Source: Phycisphaerales bacterium (GTDB taxonomy: Bacteria > Planctomycetota > Phycisphaerae > SM23-33 > FEN-1343). Taken from it: a stretch of 64,000 nucleotides of DNA. The translations under genes were made by a program, and so were the position numbers. The notes below the pieces were generated by a model. The model did not search any database, was not told the origin of the DNA, and was given only the letters and a program-made list of their open reading frames with translations. Location of the stretch: NCBI GenBank assembly GCA_003171335.1, contig PMYD01000089.1:34958-98957 (forward strand). The letters are read 5' to 3'. Numbering within the stretch: position 1 is the first letter of the stretch; each line of letters begins with the position of its first letter. Shown piece by piece: positions 39,931-50,093 of the stretch.

Positions 39931-40023
39931 TCAAGAAAGTCTGAAAACCGCCCTGGATGCATCCGATAACAAGATGAGGAGGTACTTGCGTCTGGCCAAG
40001 GCTCAGGGCGAGGAAAAGCGCAG

Positions 40024-40671
40024 ATGGACTTGGTGGGCAGCAGAAGAATGAACGCCAAACGCGTCAAAAGCAGCCGAATTGTCGCCTTGGCGCTGGCGCT
40101 GCTTGTCGCGGGAATTGCGGGATGGTTTCTGTATGACGAGTACCATGCCCACGCTGGCTGGCGCGTAGACGAGCAGATCTGCGCGAAGGCCATGTCGCAG
40201 ATTGGGGACGTGAAGCTGGACATGACCACCAGCTATGGACAGATCGAGAGGATCTTTGGCAAGCCACACTCGATCCAGGGATGGAACAGTGGCTTGGTGA
40301 AGAACGGGGTCACCGCCTATTGGTGGGGCGACAAAATCCAGGCCACCTTCATTGGCTTTGTCGGAAAGTTCCCTACCGCCGAAGACAGAGATAAATCTCC
40401 CGTCATTATGCAGGTCTCCCCTCCTTTCAATGGGTCGCTCTGCGGCGTGCATCTCGGGGATACGCCCGAGCATTTTCTTGGCGTAGCGCACCCGGTGGCG
40501 TCGAAAGATTTTACGGTATGCCCGGCCGGCAGTTGGCAGTGGCGCAATGGTAAGAAAGTGGACACGACCGGCGAGTGGCAAATGTCCCAGAATCGCGTCG
40601 ATTGCCAAGCGCGGAATGGAAAGATAATCCAGATACACGCCGAGAACTATACGCTGAAGATCCAGGAATAA
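40024..40671 (+). CDS. Hypothetical exported or membrane-anchored protein
   Basis: N-terminal hydrophobic helix and AT-richer codon usage; no recognised motif. Confidence 0.55.
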   Translation: MDLVGSRRMNAKRVKSSRIVALALALLVAGIAGWFLYDEYHAHAGWRVDEQICAKAMSQIGDVKLDMTTSYGQIERIFGKPHSIQGWNSGLVKNGVTAYWWGDKIQATFIGFVGKFPTAEDRDKSPVIMQVSPPFNGSLCGVHLGDTPEHFLGVAHPVASKDFTVCPAGSWQWRNGKKVDTTGEWQMSQNRVDCQARNGKIIQIHAENYTLKIQE

Positions 40672-40733
40672 ATCGCACCGGCCGCTGCCGCGCCCAATCC
40701 CGCCTCCACCGGTGTGCAGCAAAAGTGCACACC

Positions 40734-41951
40734 CTAGGTAATCTCCCCGTCGGTGAGGTAGCACGCCGGATCATCACCCCAAATATCGCCGGCGGCCTCA
40801 GCGCGCGCCCGCAGGTTGCCGTTGCACACCTCCAGCCAGCGGCACCGGCCGCAGCGCCCAGCCAGCGGGCGGGGGCGCTGGCGAAGCTGGCAAAGCAGCG
40901 AGCCGGCCGGCACGTCGGTCCAGATGGCGCTGAACGGCCGGCGGCGGATGTTGCCCAGGCTGTGCTGCCGCCAGAACTGGTCGGGGTGAACCTCGCCGTT
41001 CCAGCTCACGCAGCCCAGCCGGCAGCCCGAGGCGTTGCCGCCGGCGGCGCGCAGGAGCGCTAAGGCCTGGGCGGCCAGCGCCGGATTTTCGCGCGCGAGC
41101 CGCATCAGGAGATACGGCCCATCGGCATGGTTATCGACGGTGAGCACCTCAGCGGGTTTGCCCGCGCGATGCAGGGCGGCGGTGCGATCGATGATCAGGT
41201 CAACCGCCGCACGTGTCTGGGCGTGCGACAGGTCCAGGCCCGAAGACGACTCGCCGCCGCGGCCGGCGTGAACGAGGTGGTAGAAGCACACGCGGCCGAT
41301 GTTCTCGCGCTCGACCAGGTCGAATATTCCGCCCAGCTCGGCGACGGTGTGGGCGGTGAGCGTCAGCCGCAGGCCCACTTTGAGCCCGCGCGACCGGCAG
41401 CGGCGAATGCCGTCAATCGCCGCGGCGAAGGCGCCACGGCGGCCGCGGAAGCGGTCGTTCGTATCCGCCAGGCCGTCGAGGCTGACGCCGACGTAATCGA
41501 CGCGAATGGCGGCCAGCCGCTCGGCGGTGGGCTCATCGATGAGCGTACCGTTGGTGGACAGCACGGCCCGCAGGCCGGCCGCACGGGCGTGGGCGATCAA
41601 CTCCAGCGTGTCCGCTCGCGCCAGCGGCTCCCCGCCGGAAAACAGCACCACGGGCACGCCGAAGGCCGCCAGGTCATCCAGCAGCCCGCGGGCCTCCTCG
41701 CCCGTCAGTTCATCGCCGTCGGCCGGCCCGGCGGAGGCGCTGTAGCAGTGGATGCACCGCAGGTTGCACGCCCGCGTGCAGTTGTAGACGACGATAGGCT
41801 TTTGCGCCCGCACAGGTGCGGCGGCATTGCCCGCACTCCCGGCGGCGTTCGATCCGCCCGCCGCATCTCCCGCGGCGGCGGCGGGCCGGCCGTAGCGCAA
41901 GCCATCGGTCGGCTCGGCCCTGCCGCAATACAACCTGGAGATTCCAATCAT
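40734..41951 (-). CDS. Radical SAM/SPASM protein, AhbC/NirJ1-like
   Basis: MIGISRLYCG start, CNLRCIHC, FSGGEP, CFYHLV..GRG, LTVDNHADG, VHPDQFW, CGRC..LEVCNGNLRARA. Confidence 0.85.
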   Translation of the reverse strand: MIGISRLYCGRAEPTDGLRYGRPAAAAGDAAGGSNAAGSAGNAAAPVRAQKPIVVYNCTRACNLRCIHCYSASAGPADGDELTGEEARGLLDDLAAFGVPVVLFSGGEPLARADTLELIAHARAAGLRAVLSTNGTLIDEPTAERLAAIRVDYVGVSLDGLADTNDRFRGRRGAFAAAIDGIRRCRSRGLKVGLRLTLTAHTVAELGGIFDLVERENIGRVCFYHLVHAGRGGESSSGLDLSHAQTRAAVDLIIDRTAALHRAGKPAEVLTVDNHADGPYLLMRLARENPALAAQALALLRAAGGNASGCRLGCVSWNGEVHPDQFWRQHSLGNIRRRPFSAIWTDVPAGSLLCQLRQRPRPLAGRCGRCRWLEVCNGNLRARAEAAGDIWGDDPACYLTDGEIT

Positions 41952-42157
41952 GCCTATCCTCCGCCAATCGTGCATCTTACGCGACCGGCACAGCCGGAAC
42001 AACCGAGCCCGGGTAGCCCATTTGCCGCCTTCACGATTTGGCCGCCCGGGTGTAGAATGACTGTGGAGTTAGTAATTTCGCGTTGCGGAAGGGAGGCCGC
42101 GGCCGGTCGTTTTGGACGAGCGGAAAATGGATTTACCCCGCTCGCCGGCGTGCCGCG

Positions 42158-42547
42158 ATGACCAGACTGTGGTACATCTTCTGGGCCATGCCGCTTTTCT
42201 TTGCCGGCTGCGCCAACCACGCGAACGACTACGTCCTGCAATACCGGCCCGAATTCCTCATCCAGGAGACCGCCACGGCGCGGCCCCCCAGCGCCATCTT
42301 CGACCCGCCCTACCTAGCCGACACCGACGCCTTCGGCCGCGATGAAATCGCCGGCGTGAACCTCAACCACCGCACCGTGCCGCAATCCATCCGCGGCTAC
42401 AACCTGGGCGAAATCGAGAGCTACCAGTACTACTACACCGACTACGGGCCCGGCAACGGCTGCGGCGGCTGCGGCTCTGGTTACGGCTGGGGCGGCGGGC
42501 CTTCCAGTACGCTGTATTACTACCGGGCCGGGACGATGGTGCCGTGA
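42158..42547 (+). CDS. Hypothetical lipoprotein
   Basis: LFFAGC lipobox and Tyr/Gly-rich C-terminus. Confidence 0.6.
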   Translation: MTRLWYIFWAMPLFFAGCANHANDYVLQYRPEFLIQETATARPPSAIFDPPYLADTDAFGRDEIAGVNLNHRTVPQSIRGYNLGEIESYQYYYTDYGPGNGCGGCGSGYGWGGGPSSTLYYYRAGTMVP

Positions 42548-42568
42548 GCAGAAGGGCGAGCAATTCCG

Positions 42569-43525
42569 TCAATGGCTATCTTGCCTAAGGGGTTCTCCCA
42601 CGGCTTCTTTCATTGCACGACGCATTCTGTACAAGACAACGGACATGGTTACTCCGACAAAAGGAGGTATCAGGGAGAGGCAAAGTGACAGCCACAAGAA
42701 CGCCCTGCCCCACCGAACTGAGACAACAATCAGTCCCTCAAAGAATTCCAACAATACGCTGAACATGCCGATAGCTACGACCAGCCAACGGCATAACCAA
42801 ATCCATCTGACGTTCATTTGCTTAGACCGCCGCGCTATTCTTTCCAAGCAAACCAAGGCTCCAAAAACTGCAATTGTGGCTAGAATCGCTTCCGGTAAAG
42901 TCCAAGAGGGGGCAATCGCACCTGGCCGGTGTAGACAATCTCTTGACGCATGAACAACCATTGACATTCCCAAGGCAATAGCTGGCCATTTGCGCCACTG
43001 GGGCATGAATAGAGGGCGTTCGGGATCATGCCTCGTCAACAAGACGATTCCGATTAGCAGGCCAATATTCGGAATGAAGTAAGAAACAATCTCAGTGAGC
43101 CGTGCATCCGACTCTATAGATAACAAGCTGCGAAGGACAAAGTCGCCAACGGCTGACGTAGAATCGTAAATTACCAATCCGGCGTAAAGAGCGCTCTCAA
43201 AGATCTCACCAATCAAGCCTGCTGCGAATGCCAACGCCAAAATGGCCAATCCCAAGAGCAGCCTGCGAACATACTTTGGATCGGCCTGGCTCCAGTGCTC
43301 GCTCTTGAGGCTGTCGGCCACGGCGCGGCCACACTCGGGACATCGGCCGTCGGGGCGCAGTCCCCGGAGGTTGTAGCCGCAGGCGACGCAGGCGACATCC
43401 TTGTCGAGGGTGGAGTTGGCGGCATCGGGGCTGGGCGGTCCGGCAGCGCCGGAAGCGCCGGCGGCCTGGCCGGCCGTGCCGGGCTGATCGGGAGGCTGGC
43501 CGGCCTTGGGTGCGGGCTCGCTCAT
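42569..43525 (-). CDS. Zinc-ribbon membrane protein
   Basis: CVACGYNLRGL..DGRCPECG followed by about six hydrophobic segments. Confidence 0.75.
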   Translation of the reverse strand: MSEPAPKAGQPPDQPGTAGQAAGASGAAGPPSPDAANSTLDKDVACVACGYNLRGLRPDGRCPECGRAVADSLKSEHWSQADPKYVRRLLLGLAILALAFAAGLIGEIFESALYAGLVIYDSTSAVGDFVLRSLLSIESDARLTEIVSYFIPNIGLLIGIVLLTRHDPERPLFMPQWRKWPAIALGMSMVVHASRDCLHRPGAIAPSWTLPEAILATIAVFGALVCLERIARRSKQMNVRWIWLCRWLVVAIGMFSVLLEFFEGLIVVSVRWGRAFLWLSLCLSLIPPFVGVTMSVVLYRMRRAMKEAVGEPLRQDSH

Positions 43526-43851
43526 GCCGAGCCCTTCTTCTTCTTTTTGTCCTCGGCGGGGCGGGCCAGTTCGGCGGCCATCTGCGCATCGGCGGCCTGT
43601 GTGAAGAGGCTCGTCGGCGCGGTGTCGCGGACCCAGGTCTGCTCGGCGTAGCGCAGCAGGTTGCCCAGCGGGCTGCGCCCCACGGCCAGGCCGCAGTTGG
43701 CGCACCTTCGGTCGTTGCGCAGGCCCGTCAGCGAGGCCCCGCACGCCAGGCACGCCGGAAGCTCCACCTCGGCCTGGTACGGCCGGAATTTCAGCGCGGC
43801 GGCCGCATCGCGGTCGAAGGGGGGCAAAGGATGGTCACCGTCGCGGATCAT
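43522..43851 (-). CDS. Short zinc-ribbon paralog
   Basis: CLACGASLTGL..DRRCANCG.AV.RS; its stop overlaps the next start (ATGA). Confidence 0.6.
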   Translation of the reverse strand: MIRDGDHPLPPFDRDAAAALKFRPYQAEVELPACLACGASLTGLRNDRRCANCGLAVGRSPLGNLLRYAEQTWVRDTAPTSLFTQAADAQMAAELARPAEDKKKKKGSA

Positions 43852-43998
43852 GCCTGTTCTTCATGCCGCCGGTTGCCCGGGCGACTGGCCTCGCGCATCC
43901 ATACGCAGCGGCGAGCCGCCGGATGCCCCTATGATGCGCCCGCGCGGCCGCCAACGGAAGCGCCGAATGGGGTGCGCTCAGCCAGGATTTTTCGGGTC

Positions 43999-44148
43999 AG
44001 GTGGCATGCTCTCACGGCCGGGGCGGGAGCACCGGACGGGTGAGCATGGGCGGTCCGCAATGCGAACGACGCAGCGCCCAACACGAACGACCATGCCCAC
44101 CCGCCTCGGCCGCCTTTGGCGGCCTTCGACGTGAGGGCATGCCACCTC
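43999..44148. repeat. REPIN-like doublet of GTGGCATG REPs
   Basis: aggtggcatgctctcacg ... cgtgagggcatgccacct inverted pair, related to 17778-17834. Confidence 0.75.
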
Positions 44149-44274
44149 GGCCATATATTGGCCTTGCCCGCCGAAGCTTTTCCCTTGCGTGCCGGCCGCA
44201 CGAGGCCATAATGACCCGCGCACGTGTCATGGGATGAAGCATTGCGCGGACCTCAAGAAAACGAGGAATCAAGG

Positions 44275-45474
44275 ATGAGACGCGTACTGGCGGCGATACT
44301 GGTCACTTCTTTGGCGGTGGGGCTTGGCGGCTGTCGACACCGAAACACGGGGATGATTCACGAGGGCCTCGGCGAGCCCGACTACGGCCGGCAGTTGGCC
44401 CTCGGGCAGTTGGCGCTGGTGAAGATCACCGATCCCAACGAGATTCCCGACTTTTCCGCCGCCTGGGCCGATCTGTCGGGCCTGCACGAGGCCATCGCCC
44501 GCAGCCTGGATTACCTGGCCAAACCCTCTAGCGCACGCTGCTTCCCGTACGGCGATATCCCTCGCGACAAGGCCGTGGCCAGTCTGCGCGCCTTTGATGC
44601 GCTGATCGCGCAGCGCGTGCCCGCCTCGCAAATCAACCAGGTCATCCGCCAGCAGTTCGACGTGTACACCTCCGTCGGCTGGGATGGCCGCGGCACGGTG
44701 CTGTTCACCGGCTATTACACGCCCATCCTGGAGGCCTCGCCCGTGCAGACGGAGCGGTTCCGCTACCCGCTGTACCGCGCGCCGGCGGGAATCCTCAAGG
44801 ATGAGGAAGGCAACGTCCAGGGCGTGAAGATGGCCGATGGCAGCGTGCAGAAGATGGCCGACCGGGCGGGCCTGGAATCCTCGGGCCAGCTCAAGGGCCT
44901 GGAACTGGTCTGGTTAGCAGACAAATTCGAGGTTTACATCGCCCAAGTCCAGGGCTCGGCCAAGTTGCGCATGCCCGATGGCTCGCTGAAAACCGTTGGC
45001 TACACCGCCAACAACGGCTACGAGTACAAGAGCGTGGGCGAGGCGATGGTGAAGGATGGCAAGGTGGCCGAGAAGGATCTGAGCCTGCAGTGGATGATTC
45101 GCTACTTCCGCGCCCACGGCGATGAGCTGGACCGCTACGTGAAGGCCAACCCGCGCTTCGTCTTCTTCGCCGAGTCGGATGGCCCACCCCGCGGCTGCCT
45201 GAACGAGCCGGTGACCACCTGGCGCACGATCGCCACCGACAAGAGCATCTTCCCCCGGGCCTGCCTGGCGATGGTCCGCACCCGCCGGCCGCAGATGCAG
45301 GGCGCCAGCGTACAGATGACCGCCTTCAACAACTTCGCCTGCGATCAGGATGCCGGCGGCGGCATTCGCGCCCCCGGCCGCTGCGACATCTACATGGGCG
45401 AAGGCGACAGCGCCGCCGACCTGGCCGGAAGAACCAAGGAAGAGGGCAGGCTGTACTACCTCTTCCTGAAGTAA
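44275..45474 (+). CDS. mltA: Lipoprotein lytic transglycosylase MltA
   Basis: LGGC lipobox, FTGYYTP, QVQGS, NPRFVFF, IATD, DAGGGI...CDIYMG (3D domain). Confidence 0.85.
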   Translation: MRRVLAAILVTSLAVGLGGCRHRNTGMIHEGLGEPDYGRQLALGQLALVKITDPNEIPDFSAAWADLSGLHEAIARSLDYLAKPSSARCFPYGDIPRDKAVASLRAFDALIAQRVPASQINQVIRQQFDVYTSVGWDGRGTVLFTGYYTPILEASPVQTERFRYPLYRAPAGILKDEEGNVQGVKMADGSVQKMADRAGLESSGQLKGLELVWLADKFEVYIAQVQGSAKLRMPDGSLKTVGYTANNGYEYKSVGEAMVKDGKVAEKDLSLQWMIRYFRAHGDELDRYVKANPRFVFFAESDGPPRGCLNEPVTTWRTIATDKSIFPRACLAMVRTRRPQMQGASVQMTAFNNFACDQDAGGGIRAPGRCDIYMGEGDSAADLAGRTKEEGRLYYLFLK

Positions 45475-45479
45475 CCTGA

Positions 45480-45554
45480 GTGTTCTGTCACACATCATGT
45501 GATGGGTGCTGTGGTTTGCGGAGGTCGCTACTGCGACCGAAGCAACCACGCTGG
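45480..45554. repeat. 75-bp hairpin repeat, inverted copy at 49918-49992
   Basis: gtgttctgtcacac...ggtcgctactgcgaccgaagcaaccacgctgg matches the reverse complement of 49918-49992. Confidence 0.8.
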
Positions 45555-45654
45555 CTGTTGATCGCCGTCGGCGTGGGGGCATTCGCACGAAGGCACGTGC
45601 CGACTGCTCCGGACTGCTGGTTCTTTTCACAACCCCGGCAGGGGTTGAAACAGC

Positions 45655-46289
45655 TACGGTCCGATCCTGGTACATAGGTAACACTTTAGTCCAGGCACAT
45701 GGGTGACACTTTTGGTAAATGCGTGGGCAAAAGGAGTTCGCCTATGCCCTGGCAGGAGACATCACCAATGGACGAACGTGTTCAATTTGTGGCTGCGTGT
45801 CAGCAAGGCGAGGGATCGATGGCCGAGCTTTGTCGGTTCTATGGCATTAGAGCAGGTTAACAAATCGTGTAGCGATGTTCTTGCTGGAAATGGCCTAAAA
45901 ACAGTCATTTTTAGGCCTTTCGACCGCTACAAGAAAAGCAAAAGTGCTCTAGTCGCAAGACGGGCTACAAGTGGCTCGGCCGATACGAGCAACAGGGGCC
46001 CGAAGGCCTGCGGGATGCCCGGCGGGCGCCGCGGCATCATCCCAACCAACTGGAAGCGCAGGTGCTGGCCGCGATCTTGAAGCATCGCGATGCGCATCCG
46101 ACCTGGGGGCCCAAGAAGCTGGTCGCATTGCTGGCGGCCCAGCGCCCCTCGTGGGCGGTGCCGGCCCGCAGCACGATCGCGCCGTTCTTAAGCTGCATGG
46201 GCGGGTGGTCGAGCGCAAGCGGCGTCGGCGAGTCCCGCCTCAGACCCAGCCCTTCGCCTCCTGCGAGGGTCCCAACGCGTTATGGTGCT
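45655..46289 (+). pseudogene. IS481-family left end and truncated transposase
   Basis: End repeats ggtacataggtaacac/ggcacatgggtgacac. ATG 45744 gives MPWQETSPMDERVQFV..LCRFYGI|SRKTGYKWL.RY..HPTWGPKKL. Interrupted by a MITE, frameshifted near 46180 and truncated after 'PNALW'. Confidence 0.8.
45850..45949 (-). mobile_element. 100-bp IS630-related MITE with TA target duplication
   Basis: TA at 45848-49 and 45950-51. Ends resemble those of the IS630 at 46464-47463. Removing it restores GGC ATT AGT CGC (GISR). Confidence 0.85.
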
Positions 46290-46461
46290 GTGCAACCGGG
46301 CACATGGGTAACAGTTTAGTCCAGGCACATGGGTAACACATCTTGCTCCGGTGGCGAAGCTTCCTGGAGCGCAGCGGAAGGAAGCTTCGCCACCGGAGCG
46401 GCGGCCGCCGGGGCATCTCCTGCCGCCCATGTGCGATGGAGGCGGCGCTGCTGAGCCGCAC
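46290..46461 (-). mobile_element. IS481-family right-end fragment in inverted orientation
   Basis: Reverse complement ends tgttacccatgtgcctggactaaactgttacccatgtgcccggttgcaca. Confidence 0.65.
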
Positions 46462-46463
46462 TA

Positions 46464-47463
46464 GAGCACTTTAACTTTTCCTGTAGCGTTGTCCGATAGA
46501 ACTGTGATGGAAAGCTACTCGATGGATTTGCGTAAGCGAGTGGTCGAGGCGTGCGACTGTGAACAACGACGTGGATCCCGAGCACGGATCGGCGCGCAAT
46601 TCGGGGTCTCGACAGCCTGGATACGGCGATTGTTGCAGCGGCGTCGCCAACTGGGCCACTACAGGCCGCTGATGACCAAGCCGGGACGCAAGCCCATCTT
46701 CTTTGGCCGCTCAGCAGAGCAACTGGAGCAGTTGGTTCAGCAGCAGCCCGACGTGACGTTGGCCGAGTTGCGGGATCGCACCGGAGTGAACTGTTCGCTG
46801 GCGGCGATTTGCAAGACGCTGAAGCGCCTGGGCTATCGTCACAAAAAAAGACGCTCCGGGCCGCTGAGCAAGATCGACCGGACATTCAGCGGCAGCGTGA
46901 ACAGTGGCGGGTGAGAACGGCCACCGTTGACCGGTCGCGGTTTGTTTTTATCGATGAAAGCGGGGCCAAGACGAACATGACCCGGCTTCGAGACCGGTGC
47001 AAAGGTGGCAGCCGCGTGCACGACTCGGCGCCGCTGGGGCATTGGGAAACGACGACGATGATCGCGGCGTTGCGGCTGGAGGGTGCGACGGCCCCGATGG
47101 TGATCGAAGGAGCGATGGATGCGGCGGTGTTCCGGGCGTATGTCAAGCACGTGCTGGTGTCGGTATTGCGGCCGGGTCAGATCGTGGTGCTGGACAACTT
47201 ATCCAGTCACAAGGGCGGTGAGATCCGCCAGATGATCCAGGCCGCCGGGTGCGAGTTGTGGATGCTGCCGCCGTATTCGCCCGACTTCAACCCGATCGAG
47301 AAGATGTGGTCGAAAGTCAAAGAGTTCCTGCGTTCGGCCAAGGCACGCTGCACGGAAGAACTGGATCATGCCGTCGGCGCAGGGCTGCATAAGGTCACTT
47401 CGCAGGACGCGACGGGGTGGTTCGAGTCCTGCGAATATCGCTACACGAAAAGTTAAGCTGCTC
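46464..47463 (+). mobile_element. IS630-family insertion sequence (1000 bp)
   Basis: TIRs gagcactttaacttttcctgtagcg / cgctacacgaaaagttaagctgctc, flanked by TA (46462-63, 47464-65). Confidence 0.92.
46507..47456 (+). CDS. IS630 transposase encoded in two frames, joined at the A7 run 46843-46849
   Basis: OrfA YSMDLRKRV..PDVTLAEL..LGY.HKK; OrfB in the -1 frame with FIDESG, VLDNLSSHK, LPPYSPDFNPIE. Confidence 0.9.
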
Positions 47464-47465
47464 TA

Positions 47466-47846
47466 GAACGAGCCTCGCACCAGGAGGCCTCGGCCGGGGT
47501 CTGCCTGAGTCGATCATCGGCGACGGCCAGGTCCGTCAGAACTGCGCGAATGGACTTGTCGGGGTTCAGGGCACGATGGACCATCGACCTGATCGTAACC
47601 GCCGGCGTGAAAATTCTATCTCGCCACGTATGCCCCAGGTGGCGGCAGATCTCGTCGTCGCTCACAAGTTCTTGAAGGGCAGCAACTTGAATGCCGTGCA
47701 GAAATCCTGGATGAGAACCGGCTGACTTGTCGATACCATGCACGGCTGGCCTCCTTGCCTGATGAGTGAGGGACTCTATCCACCCTTCTCATCGACAAGG
47801 CAGGCCTTCATTTTTGATGGTTCCTGCCCTTATCCTAATGCCATTA
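47466..47846 (-). pseudogene. IS4-family 5' remnant truncated at the IS630 insertion
   Basis: 'WRDRIFTPAVT...DKSIR....SWCEARS' resembles an IS4 N-terminus; frameshifted. Candidate TIR cttatcctaatgccatta at 47829-47846. Confidence 0.65.
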
Positions 47847-48011
47847 GGAAGATAATCCCGTATAGCGCATCCAGTGGGTCACTCCCGTCAAGGCACACCC
47901 ACCGTCAAATCCACCCCAACGTCAAAGCCATCCCACCGGCATAGCAATTCCGTCAGCAACGCCCCCTGCGCCCTCTCCGCTCTTTCCCCCTCGTGGCCAG
48001 TGGCGAAAACC

Positions 48012-48038
48012 TGCACAGCCGAGGGCGGCTGTGCCACA
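48012..48038 (-). repeat. GTGGCACAG REP-like palindrome
   Basis: tgcacagccgagggcggctgtgccaca; matching copies at 11821-11842 and 60735-60762. Confidence 0.75.
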
Positions 48039-48276
48039 CAACCCTGCCGCTTCTAGCCCTGCCTCTGTCCTTTTCCGGCCGTTATCCCCTGCATCCCCTG
48101 CATCCCTGCCCTTTTCTTTCTTCGCTTGGGCCCGTTTTCCAATTCCGCGCGGCCGCGACTTTGCTCTTTCCTCTTCTTGCCCGCGCAGAGTAATATGGCG
48201 CATTCGTATTGACGATAATGCACGAGTAAGACTCTTCATGTGAAATCCCGAACACGGTCGTAGTCGAGGAAGTGCA

Positions 48277-49854
48277 ATGAGCGACGAACAGGGCAAGGAC
48301 CTCAACCTGCATCGGTCTGGGCCCGGGCTGGATGCCGACCTGCAGCAGGAAATCAACGAGGCCTTGGGCGGCAAGAGCGTCGAGGAGCTGCTCGAGGCGG
48401 AACAGGCCGCCGCCGGCGGCTCGCGTGGCGAGGCGGGCTCCAACATCCGCCACGGCCGCGTGGCCGCGGTGCACGGCGAGGACATCTTCGTCGACATGGG
48501 CGGCAAGAACCAGGGTCTCATCCAGGTGGCCCAGTTCGCCGAGGGCGAGGTGCCCAAGGTGGGCGACATCATCGAGGTCACCATCAAGGGCGTGGACAAC
48601 CAGGACGGCCTGCTGCTGCTGGCCAGGCCCGGGGCCGTGCAGGAGGCCTCGTGGGAAACGCTGGAGGTGGGCCAGGTGGTCGAGGGCCGCGTCACCGCGC
48701 TCAACACGGGCGGCCTCGAGCTGAACGTCAACAATATCCGCGCCTTCATGCCCATCAGCCAGATCGAACTGTACCGCGTGGAGGACCTCAAGCCGTACAT
48801 CAACACGCGGCTGTCGGGCAAGGTGATGGAGCTGAAGAAAAAGGGCAAGAACAGCTCGGTCGTCATCTCCCGCCGGCAACTGCTGGATGAGGAGATGGCC
48901 AAGATCCGCGAGGAGACGCTGGCCCAGCTCACCGAGGGCAAGACCGTCAAGGGCCTGGTCAAGTCGATCATGCCGTACGGCGCGTTCGTGGACATCGGCG
49001 GCGTGGACGGCCTGCTGCACATCAGCGACATGAGCTGGGCGCGCGTGGAGAACCCCTCCGACATCGTCAAGGAAGGCCAGCAGCTTGAGGTGATGATCCT
49101 GAAGATCAATCCCGAGACCCACAAGATTTCCCTGGGTCTCAAGCAGGTGGCCCCCGACCCGTGGACCGTTGTGGAGACCCGCTACGGGGCCGATTCCATC
49201 GTCAGCGGCCGCGTGACGCGGCTGACCGATTTCGGCGCGTTCGTCGAATTGGAGCCGGGCGTCGAGGGGCTCATCCCGATGAGCGAGTTGTCGTTTGAAC
49301 GGCGGATCAAGCATGCCTCCAGCGTCGTGAAGGAAGGCGACGTGGTGCGGCTGCGCATCCTGTCCGTCGACCTGGAGCGCAAGCGAATCAGCCTGTCGCT
49401 CAAGCGCGTGGGCGATGACCCCTGGACCGGCGCGCTGGCGCGCTGGCCGGTCGACAGCGTGGTCGACGGCATTGTCACGCGGACGACCGACTTTGGGGCG
49501 TTCGTGGAGCTGACGGCGGGCGTCGAGGGCATGGTGCACATCAGCGAGCTTTCCGACAAGCACATCAAGGCCGTCAACCAGGCCGTCAGCGAGGGCCAGA
49601 CCGTGAAGGCCAAGGTGCTGGCGGTGGATGAAGAGCGGCGGCGGATCAGCCTGTCGCTCAAGGCCCTGATCGTGCGAGCAGCACCTGAGCCCACCGCCCA
49701 GCCGGCCAAGACCGCCGCCGGTAGCGCCACACCGGCCGAAGCCGCCAAGGCCGCCGAGGCCGCCAAACGCAAGAAGCCACTCAAGGGCGGTCTGGAATTT
49801 CCGGGCGGCGGCATGAGTCTGGGCAACCTGCTCGGGCAAAAGCCCAGGGAGTAG
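48277..49854 (+). CDS. 30S ribosomal protein S1-like multi-S1-domain protein
   Basis: About five S1 repeats (YGAFVDIGGVDGLLHISDMSW, FGAFVELEPGVEGL), C-terminal 'PLKGGL'. Confidence 0.88.
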   Translation: MSDEQGKDLNLHRSGPGLDADLQQEINEALGGKSVEELLEAEQAAAGGSRGEAGSNIRHGRVAAVHGEDIFVDMGGKNQGLIQVAQFAEGEVPKVGDIIEVTIKGVDNQDGLLLLARPGAVQEASWETLEVGQVVEGRVTALNTGGLELNVNNIRAFMPISQIELYRVEDLKPYINTRLSGKVMELKKKGKNSSVVISRRQLLDEEMAKIREETLAQLTEGKTVKGLVKSIMPYGAFVDIGGVDGLLHISDMSWARVENPSDIVKEGQQLEVMILKINPETHKISLGLKQVAPDPWTVVETRYGADSIVSGRVTRLTDFGAFVELEPGVEGLIPMSELSFERRIKHASSVVKEGDVVRLRILSVDLERKRISLSLKRVGDDPWTGALARWPVDSVVDGIVTRTTDFGAFVELTAGVEGMVHISELSDKHIKAVNQAVSEGQTVKAKVLAVDEERRRISLSLKALIVRAAPEPTAQPAKTAAGSATPAEAAKAAEAAKRKKPLKGGLEFPGGGMSLGNLLGQKPRE

Positions 49855-49917
49855 CCTACCTGCGATTGGGTGGAGCGGTTTGCGAAGCGCAGCGCAGCAA
49901 CCACGCGATGTCCCATA

Positions 49918-49992
49918 CCAGCGTGGTTGCTTCGGTCGCAGTAGCGACCTTCGCAGCCCACGGTACCCATCACTTTAGGTGTGACAGAACAC
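49918..49992. repeat. 75-bp hairpin repeat, inverted copy of 45480-45554
   Basis: ccagcgtggttgcttcggtcgcagtagcgacc...gtgtgacagaacac. Confidence 0.8.
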
Positions 49993-50093
49993 GAGTTCCT
50001 TCCTTGACATTTCCGTCCCGCAGGCTTAGCCTCTCTCCGATCGAAAAGCGCGTTCATGGTGGAACGGCTGAGGGCTAACGGAAAGCACGGGTT

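Noticed and set aside
48084..48108. 9-mer tandem (atcccctgc)x~2.7
   Set aside because: Too short and single-armed to assign to the inverted tandem-repeat elements with confidence.
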